Under the pieces are notes generated by a model. The model was not told the origin of the DNA and made no database searches. It was given only the letters and a program-made list of their open reading frames with translations. Made by a program: the position numbers and the translations under genes. From Octopus sinensis (Eukaryota), in assembly GCF_006345805.1 (NCBI RefSeq), contig NC_043024.1:10974001-11038000 (forward strand): DNA of 64,000 nucleotides. The letters are read 5' to 3'. Of this stretch, positions 37,067 through 50,159 are shown one piece after another (the first letter of the stretch is position 1; each line of letters opens with the position of its first letter).

Positions 37067-37666
37067 AAGGCGGCGAGCTGGCAGAAACGTTAGCATGCCG
37101 GGCGAAATGCTTAGTGGCATTTCGTCTGCTGTTACGTTCTGAGTTCAAATTCCGCCGAGGTCGACTTTGCCTTTCATACTTTCAGAGTCGATGAAATAAG
37201 TACCAGTTACGCACTGGGGTCGATGTAATCGACTTAATCCGTCTGTCTGTCCTTGTTTGTCCTCTCTGTGTTTAGCCCCTTGTGGGTAGTAAAGAAATAG
37301 GTATTTCGTCTGCCATTACCTTCCGAGTTAAAATCCCGCTGAAGTTGACTTTGCCTTTCATCCTTTCGGGGTCGATTAAATAAGTACCAGTTACGCACTG
37401 GGGTCGATATAATCGACTTAATCCGTCTGTCTGTCCTTGTTTGTCCCCTCTGTGTTTAGCCCCTTGTGGGTAGTAAAGAAATAGGTATTTCGTCTGCCGT
37501 TACATTCTGAGTTCAAATTCCGCCGAGGTCGACTTTGCCTTTCATCCTTTCGGGGTCGATTAAATAAGTACCAGTTACGCACTAGGGTCGATATAATCGA
37601 CTTAATCCGTTTGTCTGTCCTTGTTTGTCCCTTCTGTGTTTAGCCCCTTGTGGGTAGTAAAGAAAC
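37067..37666 (+). mobile_element. SINE family 2 trimer (one head plus three 184-bp units)
   Basis: Period 184 bp (37117, 37301, 37485); 21-bp TSD at 37046-37066 and 37667-37687 with one mismatch. Confidence 0.88.
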
Positions 37667-39078
37667 AGATATTTGGTGTGTAGGTGGTCAACTGGCTGTT
37701 CTTTAGCCACTGTTCATCTCTGACCATCCAGAGTTACAATCAACAGTGTTTACAGCTACAACCATCCTGTGTTCCTTTTAGGAATTAGGCACACACAACT
37801 ACATTGACTGTATTATCCAATGTTCCCTTTCTTTTCAAATTCGTTGTCAACATGGGTTGGACGGTTCAACCGGGGTCTGGGAAGCCAGTAGGCTGCACCA
37901 GGCTCCAGTCTGATCTGGCAGAGTTTCTACAGCTGGATGCCTTTCCTAATGCCAACCACTCCAAGAGTGTAGTTGGTGCTTTTACGTGCCAGGGGAGGCT
38001 GACAGTGGCCACAATCAGTTGGTGCTTTTTACATGCCACCGGCACAGAAGCCAGTCAAGGCGGCGCTGGCATCAGCCACATTCAGATGGTGCTTTTTACG
38101 TGCCACTGGCACAGGGATCACAAATACTGTCTATAATATTTACAAAATGCAGATTCCAGGATAGATGAATAAAATATGGGGAACAAAGAGGGATGGGCGT
38201 CAATCCATTTCGGATGTTTCCAGAATCCAACTTCCAACTGAACAGTATCAGAATTGTTGTAAATATTTTTGCTCTGTGAATTTGTGACTGTTGAATAAGT
38301 CGAATTGTCCTTTATGTTTGAAGCTCAGGAATTCATCTGACAAAAACAGTTCCTTTACAATACATTCTTTTACTCTTTTACTTGTTTCAGTCATTTGACT
38401 GTGGCCATGCTGGAGCACCGCCTTTAGTCAAACAAATCAACACCAGGATTTATTCTTTGTAAGCCTGGTACTTATTCTATTTGGTCTCTTTTGCCGAACT
38501 GCTAAGTTACGGGGACGTAAACTCACCAGCATCGGTTGTCAAGCGATGTTGCAGGGACAAACACAGACACACAAACACACACACATATATATATATACAT
38601 ATATACGATGGGCTTCTTTCAGTTTCCGTCTACCAAATCCACTCACAAGGCTTTGGTCGAAAACAATTGCCCAAGGTGCCATGCAGTGGGACTGAACCCG
38701 GAACTATGTGGTTGGGAAGCAAGCTACTTACCACACAGCCACCCCTGCCCCTGCAATGATGTAATGTTTTCATTAATCAATTAAAGGAGTCTTTGGAAAT
38801 GGCCATAATGGATTGACACTTGTACATCACTTATATATATATATATATGCAATAATCATAAGTATTGGCTATAGAAAATATACACACACACACAGGTATG
38901 CACATGAATGTGAATACATGAATATCTTATGTTGATCTGTGAGTCACATCTCTTTGACTCTCTATAGAGTTGGGAGTCGTTGAGTAAGATGCAGTGCTGG
39001 GGGAATAAGGGGTGACAGAGAGTGAGAATTTATTTGAAACCCATTACTATTTCTCTGTCTCAACTCTTTCTCTTTCAG

Positions 39079-39154
39079 GGTCAGAAATGCTGCTATGGCC
39101 TTTGCCGAAACTGTTGCCGAAATAAAGCCTTTGTAGAACGATTGGATTGTATAG
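39079..39154 (+). CDS. DUS1L: DUS1L exon 11 (Cys-rich)
   Basis: GQKCCYGLCRNCCRNKAFVERLDCI; resembles GNRCVFSLCRGCC...ADCPG; 76 nt, phase 0-1. Confidence 0.9.
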
Positions 39155-39888
39155 GTATTTATAATTATTTATTCTTTGTCTTGTCTTCGTCTAGCTTCCT
39201 TCATTGTCTCCTCTGTCATTACTGCATCTCGTCATCATCATCATCGTTTAACGTCCGCTTTCCATGCTAGCATGGGTCGGACGATTTGACTGAGGTCTGG
39301 CGAACCAGATGACTGCACCAGGCTTCACTCTTGATCTGGTAGAGTTTCTACAGCTGGATGCCCTTCCTAATGCCAACCACTCCGAGAGTGTAGTGGGTGC
39401 TTTTACGTGCCACTGGCACGAGGGCCCAGTCTGGCAGTACTAGCAACGGCCACGCTCAAATGGTGCTTTTTATGTGCCACCTGCACAGGAGCCAGTCCAG
39501 CGGCACTGGCAATGACCTCGCTCGAATGTTTTGTTCATGTGCCACCGGCACAAGTGCTAGTAAGGTGACGCAGGTAACGATCATGCTCAAATGGTGCTTT
39601 TTAACGTGCCATCAGCTCGGAGGCCAGCTTGTTGCTCTGGCCCCAATTTCACTCGTATGGTTCTCTTAGAACTCCACTAGCACGGATGCCAGTCATCAAA
39701 TTCTTCCTCTTTTCTTCTCATATCTTTGTGCTTATGCATCATCATTGCTTCTTTTTTCTCTCTCTCCCTTCTCATTGCTCCCTCTTACTCTCTCTCTCCC
39801 TGACCCCTCATTGTTTCCTGTACTTAAATTCCTGGCTTTTGGTAAAAGAAAATACAGGACAATCAGTTAATTATGATTTTATTCTAAA

Positions 39889-40280
39889 CTAGCAGTATCG
39901 CCCGGTGTTGCTTGGGTTTGTTTCGAACCTTTAGAATTGGAATTATTGAAAAGTAAAAATTTTGCATTATGTAGCTTGTTATTCTCTTTAAGTGAACATT
40001 TTTCTGGTTGAAATGCACCGAAAAATGGCGACACAGCAGTCAAAAAATCGTAAAAAATAGGGATTTTCATAGAAAAAAAGCACCTTTTTGATGTAAATAA
40101 TTTTTGGTGTTAACATGGTCCGATTTGAATTTTTTCTTGTACGGAAGGAAGAGCAAGCCTTCTTCTATCATACTCTCAAGTTTGGTCAACTTGCGCCGCA
40201 GGATCTCGGAGGAGATAGTGTTAGTTGAAGGCTACCAAACCTGCCACACACAGACAACTTCAGCTTTATATATAGAGAGA
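39889..40280 (-). mobile_element. Non-autonomous Helitron
   Basis: Minus strand A|TCTCTCTATATATAAAGC ... CCCAAGCAACACCGGGCGATACTGCTAG|T. Confidence 0.8.
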
Positions 40281-41006
40281 TATTCCCTTCTCAGATTCCC
40301 ATACTTATTGCAGTAATCCTTCAGTTTTTTTAAGCCCTGTAAATGAACTCAAAAGTTGAGTTTCCAACCATGCCTTTCATAAGACCCTTAAAGCCAGGAA
40401 CTTTTCAGCACTCCCACACAAAGGGGTGCTGAAAAGTTCCTGGCTTTTGGTAAAAGCAAATACAGGAGGACCAGTTAATTATGGTTTTATTCAACACATA
40501 GGTGCAGGAGTGGCTGTGTGGTAAGTAGCTTGCTTACCAACCACATGGTTCCGGGTTCAGTCCCACTGCGTAGCACCTTGGGCAAGTGTCTTCTGCTATA
40601 GCCTCGGGCCGACCAAAGCCTTGTGAGTGGATTTGGTAGATGGAAACTGAAAGAAGCCTGTCGTATATATGTATATATATATATATATGTATGTGTGTTT
40701 GTCCCCCCAGCATTGCTTGACAACCGATGCTGGTGTGTTTATGTCCCCGTTACTTAGCAGTTCAGCAAAAGAGACCGATAGAATAAGTACTGGGCATTCA
40801 AAGAATAAGTCCCGGGGTCGATTTGCTCAACTAAAGGTGGTGCTCCAGCATGGCCGCAGTCAACTGACTGAAACAAGTAAAAGAGTAAAAGAGAGAGAGA
40901 GATTCCCTTTGTACATTATTCAATTAGTTGTTTGTGCAAACTAATAGAATTGTTTCTTTATGCTAAATTCAACAAGTTTCCTGATTTGATTTTTTTTGTT
41001 TCAAAG

Positions 41007-41095
41007 GTCATCGGTTCACATTTAAATCCCGTCCAAAGCCTTACAAAAATGAAGAAGGACCAGAAGGGCCAGAAGTCACTGCTGTCGCCAATTAA
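41007..41095 (+). CDS. DUS1L: DUS1L exon 12 (stop)
   Basis: (G)HRFTFKSRPKPYKNEEGPEGPEVTAVAN*; resembles GHGLLFKTK; summed CDS 1476 nt = 491 aa plus stop. Confidence 0.8.
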
Positions 41096-41356
41096 TTTTA
41101 TTCTGCAAGAAGACACAACATTTCACCCAACCAAATGTTATTTTCTTTTTTGTTTTAAATTGGTACATTGAATCATTTTCTTTCTTACTCCTTTTCACAC
41201 ACACACACGCAGCAGTATATATATACCATTTGTGTGTGTGTGTGGGTTTGGATATAAATATGTGTGTGAGAGTATGTATGTTTGTGTACGTATATGCATA
41301 TATATATACATGTGTGTGTGCTATTATATAAATGAAAATGAAACAAGAAATTATAT

Positions 41357-41362
41357 AATAAA
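41357..41362 (+). terminator. Candidate polyadenylation signal for DUS1L
   Basis: AATAAA about 260 nt after the stop codon; motif only, AT-rich context. Confidence 0.3.
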
Positions 41363-41424
41363 CTTCATTGCATAATTTCTTGTTCCGTTGTCATATATAT
41401 ATATATATATATATATACACTCAC

Positions 41425-42029
41425 GGATCTTTACCTTTTGACCGACAGATTTAAAAAATATTTTTTTGTAACTAAACACTTTCAAACGTCGTATACTGGT
41501 AGAATGTGTCATATAAAACATCTTTTACTCTTAGCGTTTTTGAGAAAAATTTATATTTATGAAGTAATTTCACGTTAAATTTGTCGTATTTCGGTAATTT
41601 CAACCAATCAATGGCGTGTATTCAGCTGAATAAAATTACTGCTGTTGTTTGTCAACAACAACTTCCGGCGGTGTATATTTCGTTTGTCACTGTTATTTAT
41701 GACAACCCTAACCCTAAACCTAAAACCTTAAAACCAAACGCACGAACGATGTCATAAATAACAATGACAAACGAAAAATACACCACCGGAAGTTCTTGTT
41801 GACAAACAACAGCAGTAATTTTATTCACCTGAATACACGTCATTGATTGGTTGAAATTACCGAAATACTACAACTTTAGCGTGAAATAACTTCCTAAATA
41901 GAAGTTTTTCTCAAAAATGCTAAGAGTAAAACATGTTTTATATGACACATTCTACCAGTGTCCGAAGTTTGAAAGTGTTTAGTTACAAAAAATTATCTTC
42001 TAAATTTGTTGGTCAAAACGTAAAGATCC
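41425..42029. mobile_element. 605-bp foldback element (280-bp arms)
   Basis: Arms 41425-41704 and 41750-42029 are imperfect reverse complements; 45-bp loop with CCCTAA-like units; related fragments at about 16900 and 35400. Confidence 0.85.
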
Positions 42030-43424
42030 AAACTCACTTATTACACTCTGAACTTAGCTAATGCTAAAGCATATGTATGTTGGTTATTATAGTATTGCTA
42101 TGCTTAAGCAATATACATATACACACACACATGTATATGTATGTATACATATACACTTTAAAATGTTCAACTGAAGAAGGTAGTATCATGTAAGGACTAT
42201 CTTACATAACTCCTAGAAACGTGTGTATGAAATGTATTCAAAATATCAACATTTGGTTTTATGTGTGTGTGTGTATTAATCATGTTAAATTTGGCTGGGT
42301 ATTCAAGCAGTTGAAAGAGCTGTTATTGGAAAATTTGAAGCCCCCAGTCTAAACTTGCATGATTAATGAATTTAGCATCCCACAATCAGTAAATATTTTA
42401 ATTGTTTTCTGTAATTTTTGTTCATTAGCAACACTAAAATATTGCATTTACACATATACATACACACCCTTGTTTGTATATATTTTTATTGCAGAGAAAA
42501 AAAGGGTTACTTTTTAACAAACAACACCACTTTTTATGTATCAACCCTGTTGGAAGACTTTTTGAGGTCAAACATTTACTGTGGAAGCTGTTGTTGACAA
42601 ATACATGCCAGAAACCTGTAAAAAAACTCATTCTTTTGTGTTGTGACTCAAAGATGAAATTGTGTGTGTGTGTGTGTGTGTTCATTGAGAGTAATATAGA
42701 TATGAGTGAGGTCTTCTCAAACAGACAAGTCGGACTATATCAGTTTGGTGAGGTTGGATTCATCATCATCATCGTTATTTAACGTCCGCTTTCCTTGCTA
42801 GCATGGGTTGGATGGTTCGACTGGGGATCTGGGAAGCCAGGAGGCTGCACCAGGCTCCAGTCTGATCTGGCAGTGTTTCTACAGCTGGATGCCCTTCCTA
42901 ACGCCAACCACTCCGAGAGTGTAGTGGGTGCTCTTTATGTGCCACCGGCACAGGTGCCAGGCGAGGCTGGCAACAGCCACAATCGGATGGTGCTTTTTAC
43001 GTGCCACCGGTACAGAGGGCAGCACTGGCAACGGCCATGTTCGGATGGTTCTCTTATGTGCCACTGGCACTGGTATCGCAGCTACAATTTCCATTGATGT
43101 TGATCGATTTTGACTTTGATTGAAAAACTATCGTTGTCAAAATATCATTAACTTTCAGTAAATATTTTAATTAAGCACTAAATACATCAAGTCCTTCATT
43201 TTGCTAATGGCCTAATTAATTAGTTCCCTGATTGGCACTTTATACTGGCACACCATTGGTTGCGACAACAAGGGTTCCAGTTTGTCTGGTCGACATAAAT
43301 TAATGTAAAAGCAGTTGAGCACTCCATAGACACTCGTATCCCGTAACGTGGTTCTCAGGGAGGTTCAGTGTGACACAGAATGTGACAAGGCTGGCCCCTT
43401 GTGAATTACAGGTACTACTCATAA

Positions 43425-43655
43425 GGCAGCGAGCTGGCAGAAACGTTAGCACGCCGAGCGAAATGCGTAGCCGTATTTCGTCTGCCGTTACGTTCTGAGT
43501 TCAAATTCCGCCGAGGTCGACTTTGCCTTTCATCCTTTCGGGGTCGATTAAATAAGTACCAGTTACGCACTGGGGTCGATATAATCGACTTAATCCGTTT
43601 CTCTGTCCTTGTTCGTCCCTTCTGTGTTTAGCCCCTTGTGGGTAGTAAAGAAATA
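43425..43655 (+). mobile_element. SINE family 2 monomer nested in a family 4 SINE fragment
   Basis: TSD AGGTACTACTCAT on both sides; host sequence resumes after the insert. Confidence 0.75.
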
Positions 43656-46600
43656 GGTACTACTCATTTTTGCCAGCTGAATGGAACTGAACAACGTGAA
43701 ATAAAGTGTCTTGCTCAAGGACACAATGTGTCACTGGGAATTGAACTCATGGCCTTATGATTGTGAGCCTAGTATCCTAACCACTAAGCCACCTACCTTC
43801 ACTCTTCATACACACACGCACAACAGTTGCAGTTTGACGGACACTGTTTTGCCATTTAAAAACACAATAACTTCACTTAAATATTTTATTTGGTGTCAAA
43901 ATTTTCGTCATGGTGCAGTAAAAAATTTTGGCACTAAATAAATGTCTATGTGAAGCCAACAGCTTTTTGTATGGTTTTCAATGGTGGAAATGTTTCTTCC
44001 ATGTAATTGTTTTAGCCTTGACAGACAGTCTCAGACCAAATCTCCTGCCAGGCAAATATATCTCCAATATATATTCATTTGTGGGTTAACAAGGCTACCA
44101 CTGGTTTCATGCTGAGAGAAATCTTGACAATTATCTAGCCTGTCACACGGAACATTGGTATTCATCTCTATGCTGGATGAGAATACATGAACCTATACAA
44201 GATTGTACAGGATTTTTAGGATTAACCCACAAATAAAGAATATATAAAGAGGTGTTGAGCACTCATTCATTAGTCTATATATATATATTTTATTTATATA
44301 CACAAACACACACATACATTCTTACTTCTACACACATACAAACCAATGTGAACATATCAACAGGTATCCACAGGTGATCTCAAGAAGTTAATGTTTAGTT
44401 TTACGATTTGTTGTGTCGTGTGGATGGTGAAGTGAATTTCTGTTGCCCTCTCCTCCAAGTAAACGGTACTCTGGTACCAGTAACCATCTCTCCGCAAATA
44501 ACTTTCTCACATTTCGCTACAGCCTTCCGCTTCGGTTATCCTATATTTTTCTGATATCATCATTTCTCACTGCCCGTATTAAAGCCTACCCCCCCCCCCC
44601 CCAAAAAAAGACCATTTCATATTTTGCTGTGCTAAATTTATATCCCCTACCATTGATTAAAATATGGACTTAAAGGAGGTTGTCATTTGATGATAGTATG
44701 ACCCCTTCTTCTTCAAGGACACCTTATTATATCAGATGTTTAGCTTTATAACTGAGCCAAATAAACTGTTTGTGGCCCCTGCCTCAGACGTCCAACACAT
44801 TGGTTTTATTGTTTCCTTTTAATTCGTGGCTGTGTGGTAAGCAGTTGGCTTCCCAACCACATCGTTTTGGGTTCAGGCCTGTAGTGCAGCACCTTGAGCA
44901 AGTGTCTTCTACAATAGCTAGCTTTGGGTCAACCTAAGCCTTGTGAGTGGATTTGGTAGACAGAAATTGAAGGAGGCCCATCACACATTGTTTAAAAAAA
45001 TAACAACATTTGTTCAAGGTGCCACACGTAGAGACTGAACCTGGAACCAATCCGCTGGGAAGCAAACATCTTATCACACAGCCACACCTGCATATATACA
45101 TAGGTTTGTGTGTGTGTGTGTGTATATCATCATCATCGTTTAACGTCCGTTTTCCATGCTAGCATGGGTTGGACGGTTCGACCGGGGATCTGGGAAGCCA
45201 GAAGGCTGCACCAGGCTCCAGTCTTATCTGGCAATGTTTCTACAGCTGGATGCCCTTCCTAACGCCAACCACTCCGTGAGTGTAGTGGGTGCTTTTTACG
45301 TGCCACCTGCACAGGTGCCAGGCGAGGCTGGCAACGGCCACGGTCGGATTGGTGTATTTTATGTGCCACCGGCACGGAAGCCAGTCAAGGCGGTGCTGGC
45401 ATCGGCCACGAGTCGGATAGTGCTTTTTACGTACCACCAGACCAGGGGTCCTGGCTGGTTCAATTCGATTTATATATATATATATATATATATATTGGTA
45501 GTTAAAACATGGTATACACCTAGTAGTTTGCTGGTAAAGCATCTTCACTGCCTATGGCTAGCAGATGTCAATCATGGTATTATTATATCACTGGATCTAC
45601 CTCAGTGATTATCAGGTATGTACTTGAGGAGAGAGACAGAAGATGGAATATACAAGAATCTTTAAGGATCATCCCAATTGTTTTGACCCGGTTGTACGGA
45701 ATGGCGCTTGTGAGGGGAGCGAGGGCTAGCGGAGTCGAAATGATTGTAGTCAGCAATAAAGATTCTCATATTTTCATCTTGAGTTTCTCCCATTAACCCT
45801 TTAGCATTTAAACCGGTCATATCTTGCCAAAAGTATTCTGCCTGTTTTATGTTCAAACTGGCCAGATCTGGTCTCTCACACCAACCCTACATCATCATCA
45901 TCGTTTAGCGTCCGCTTTCCATGCTGCATGGGTTGGATGATTCAACTGGGGTTTGGGAAGCCAGGAGGCTGCACCAGGCTCCAGTCTGATCTGGCAGTGT
46001 TTCTACAGCTGGATGCTCTTCCTAACGCCAACCACTCCGTGAGTGTAGTGGGTGTTTTTTACGTGCCAGACGAGGCTGGCAACGGCCACGATTGGATGGT
46101 GCTTTTTACGTGCCACCATCCGTTCGTGGCCGTTGCCTATAATATTGTTTTAAAAATTAACAGCTACCCCGTCAAAATCTCATAGCTACACGATTAATGA
46201 ATGATTAGTTCAAAACAATTTGGATGAAGAAGGGATTAATTTTGGCAGAATAATGCAAACACTAAAGGGTTTATATAATAGAAACACGATAGACTTACCC
46301 CATCTATCACACACACATGAAATAAAAAGGCATCAGGAAACATGGGAGGCTGGACGACTAGAAAGGAGGGATGGGCTAAGATGGATTGACTGTACTTTTT
46401 GATGGTTGGCTTCATCTGCGACCTGGTTTAATACCATCACGCTTGGCTGCATCCAGCAAAGCTCATATGTTGCAAGAATTTGGATCAAGTCTTGATTCTA
46501 ACGACAGATAACTAATTATCTTGGAGGGCTTCTTTCCTGCAATAGTAATACAAGACTTACCATTTAAAAAAAAAAATTCTTTTTTGTCACCCTTCCTTCT

Positions 46601-47759
46601 TCGGTGATGGTCTTCCTCTCACTTGACCAAAGAGTAACAAATATCAAAATTTTCTTTTTATGAGGAAAATGTAGAAATTATCAAACATTATTCAACAAAG
46701 AAAATATTGAGTTAATTTGTAACTTTCTTTAATATCAATTCACATACATTATATGAAACACATTCGTCATTATTTTATGGCAGAAAGAATTATTATTATT
46801 ATTATTATCACTATTATTATAAAAGAAATCATTATTATTATTATTGAGTGGGAGAGCAGCACATGCCATCAAAGTGAGGCTGGAGTACAAGTATTCAGAG
46901 CCCAATATACCCATAAGGACTACCCGTCTAATAAGGGTACCCCAGGCACATGTATCACACTAGCGAAGATGAGATCGGTGTTTTAGTACATGCGGATAGT
47001 TACGTCAGTTTCATCGAGGGCGCCAGAAAGAACATAAAAGTGGACAATAGGTGTCGGTTAATGGAAGACCCGTTTGTCTGTCCTTGTTTGTCCCCTCTAT
47101 GTTTAGCCCCTTGTGGGCAATAAAGGAAATAAGAATACCCACCTCCCATAATAGAATATGAGGAACTGAAAGGAAAAATAGAGTATTTTTGAAATTCATT
47201 TATGAAAAAGTGGAAAAACTGCCGATAATTCTATGTTAATTTTTGTGAAATTCATTTATGAAAAAAGGAAAGACTGTCGAAATGTAACCCCTCGACTTCG
47301 GGGGTCGAGTGGGCATTACACTTCATAATTATACCCTTTCATATTTCATCCATTTTTTAAAATTCCGTCTTTATTCATCCTCTTTTGTATTTTAAGTTCC
47401 CCAATTGTGTTGTCCCATCTATATATAGTCCCTTGTGGATAATAAAAAATGAACATGTATCACACCATTATGAGCATGACATGGTGAACTTACATCAACA
47501 TGAACAGCACATGGCCTTGCAGGTGGGGCCCAGGTAGAATTCCCTTCAGGCAGAGTAGTCCATGCTTTAAAAGCTCCCTGTAGATAGAAGCAGCATAAAT
47601 TTGTCCACAGTTCAAAGTCATCGGCGACACCAACCACAAATTTGTTATCTGTAGTGTTGACTTAGATAGAGCTCTGGGTACTGGAAGCTGAACGGGTCTT
47701 TGTTGGCCCGTCAAGGATTCAGGGACCAGGTTAGCAAGTTAATCCATTGGCAGTTGTCA

Positions 47760-48725
47760 AGTTCAATCATCAACAATCAATAGTGTTGATAGTGGATAGG
47801 CCTGGAAAGGACTATGGAGGTAGAGGTGGTAGGGCTTAATAAGGAAATAGCATTAGAGGAATCTAGGATAAGGGGAGATTTAGTTAGGAAGTTAGACGGG
47901 GTGCTTAGTAGAGGCATAGCAACTGATATACTGGTGGTGAGATTGGCTCTTGATCAATTCTTCAATGCTAATCATGAAGGTTGCATCATCAGAGATAGGG
48001 CACATGCATTAAAACATGAGGGAATGAAAACCATTCAAAGGGCCCAGGTGGCAGAAGTGCAACATAGCAACAAAGCTACAATTCAGTCTTTGGTGGGCTG
48101 GAACGGGCACACACTACTCAAGTCCAAGCAGATATGTGCAGAATTTCAGCATCACTTCACTGAATTGTATGGGGTGTGTGGTGAGTCAGAGACGAGGGTG
48201 GATTTCGTCTCCTCCCTTGGCAGCATGCTGCACCCTTCAGCCAGGGATGAAGAACTCTGTGAAATACCAATAACAGCCAAAGATATACTGAATGCAATGA
48301 TTGGCTGCAAAAGGGAGAAGTCTCTGGACTGGATGGTCAGTTCTTCAAACTTTATCTTCTTATGCGAGATTTGTTCCATGGTCTCTTGGCAGATGCCTAC
48401 CACAACTAGCAGCAGAATGGGAGAATATCCAGCGCTGTGAACTGTGGTATGGTGCTGCTCTGAGAAAGGACCCGAACAAAGGGGACCAAACAGACAGTTT
48501 TAGACCCTTAACTCTGCTGAATGAAGTCAAGATTTTAGCCAAGAGATGGGGGACTTGTCACAGATAAGCTGGTCAGTGATGCACAGACATGTATTGTCCC
48601 AAACAGATCTATCCACAACAACCTCCACCTCATGCACTACATCATAGAGAAGGTGGGTTAGGAAGCTGGCATGGGTGTGGCCCTGATCAATTTGGATAGA
48701 ATCAAAAGCTTCTGATAGGGTTTGG
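47760..48725 (+). mobile_element. Degenerate L1/Tx1-clade LINE fragment (RT N-terminal region)
   Basis: Frameshifted pieces ICAEFQHHFTELY, KGDQTDSFRPLTLLNEVKILAKR and IVPNRSIHNNLHLMHYIIEKV are typical of L1/Tx1 ORF2. Confidence 0.7.
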
Positions 48726-48924
48726 AAAGAGGTCGTTAGTAGCAGAATCTACAATATGACCGACGGAAACAAAGGAAGAAAAATAAACTATGGAAACAGC
48801 AGCACCACCATCACAAAGGCCAATCAAAGCAACAACAACAACAACAAATGTGCAAATTCAACCACTGACACCACCACTATTAAATGCCACCATGGCTGCT
48901 GAAAACAATAAAAACCACAAGTTA

Positions 48925-49200
48925 AAAATGGCAGAAATTCAAAAGATAGTGCTCATGGGAACTGCTCATATCCTACGCAAAATACTTTCTATGTAATCTC
49001 AAGTTTTAAAACAAACAATTTTCTTATGGTTTTTTAGACATTCACTAGTACAACACTATGAACAAAACCAAATATATGGCACCCTAGGTATAACACCAAC
49101 ACAAACTTCCAGCCTGTTGTCTCTTGAGGTCTCTGGGTGAGACTTGGAGCCAACTTGTACAAATATAAAGCAAAAGTCAAACATAGAATAATAATAATAA
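48925..49200 (+). mobile_element. R4/Dong-like non-LTR element 3' end with (AAT)n tail
   Basis: EIQKIVLMGTAHILRKILSM* resembles the RLE-clade R4/Dong C-terminus; ends in AAT repeats. Confidence 0.55.
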
Positions 49201-50128
49201 TAGTAATAATAATAATGATAATAATAATAATCCTTTCTGCTATAGGCATAAGGCCTGAGATTTGTGAGGTGGGTGCTGCTCAATTACATCAACTCCAGTT
49301 TACAACTGGTATTTATTTTATCGACCCCAAAAGGTCAAAAGGCAAAGTCGACCAAGGAGGAATAAATAATGATAACCCTTCCAAATTTTGGCACAAGGCC
49401 GGCAATATCAGGGGAGGAAGCAGGTCAATATGACATCAATCCCAGTGTCTAACTGGTACTTATTTTATCGACCCCAAAATTATAAAAGGCAAAGCTGACC
49501 TCGGCAGCATTTGAACTTGGAACAAAAATCTACACCATTTTTCCTCAAGACTTTAACAAATCTGCCGTTTCTAAGATAAGCATAAGACGAGGAATTTGGA
49601 GGGAGCAGTTCAGTCGATAAACTCAACTACAGTACTGGACCTGTACAGATAGTTTATTTTATCGACCCTGGAGGGATGAAAGTAGTAACAGTGGTGGGAT
49701 TTGAACCCAAAATGAAAAGGACCAATGGAAATCATCACACTAACAATTCTCTCAAACAATAACAATAGAGATTTCAAATTTTGCCACAATTTTTTTTGGG
49801 GGGGGGGAGGGGGGGAATGAGTCGATAACGTCGACCCCCAGTTTCCAGCTGGTATTTTATTTTATCAACCCTGAAAGGGTGAAAAGTAAAGTCGACCTCA
49901 GCAGAATTTGAACTCAGAATGATAATAATAATAATAATCCTTTCTACTAAAGGCACAAGGCCTGAAATTTTGGGGGAGGGGACTAGTCAATTACATCGAC
50001 CCCAGTTACTTAATTTATCCACCCAGAAAGGATGAAAGACAAAGTCAACTTTGGACAAATTTGAAGTAGGAACATAAAAACGGACGAAAAGCATTTTGCC
50101 CATTGTGCTAACGATTCTGCCAACTCAC

Positions 50129-50159
<31 letters not shown>

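Noticed and set aside
41705-41749. Interstitial telomere
   Set aside because: Only two exact CCCTAA units, forming the loop of a foldback element.
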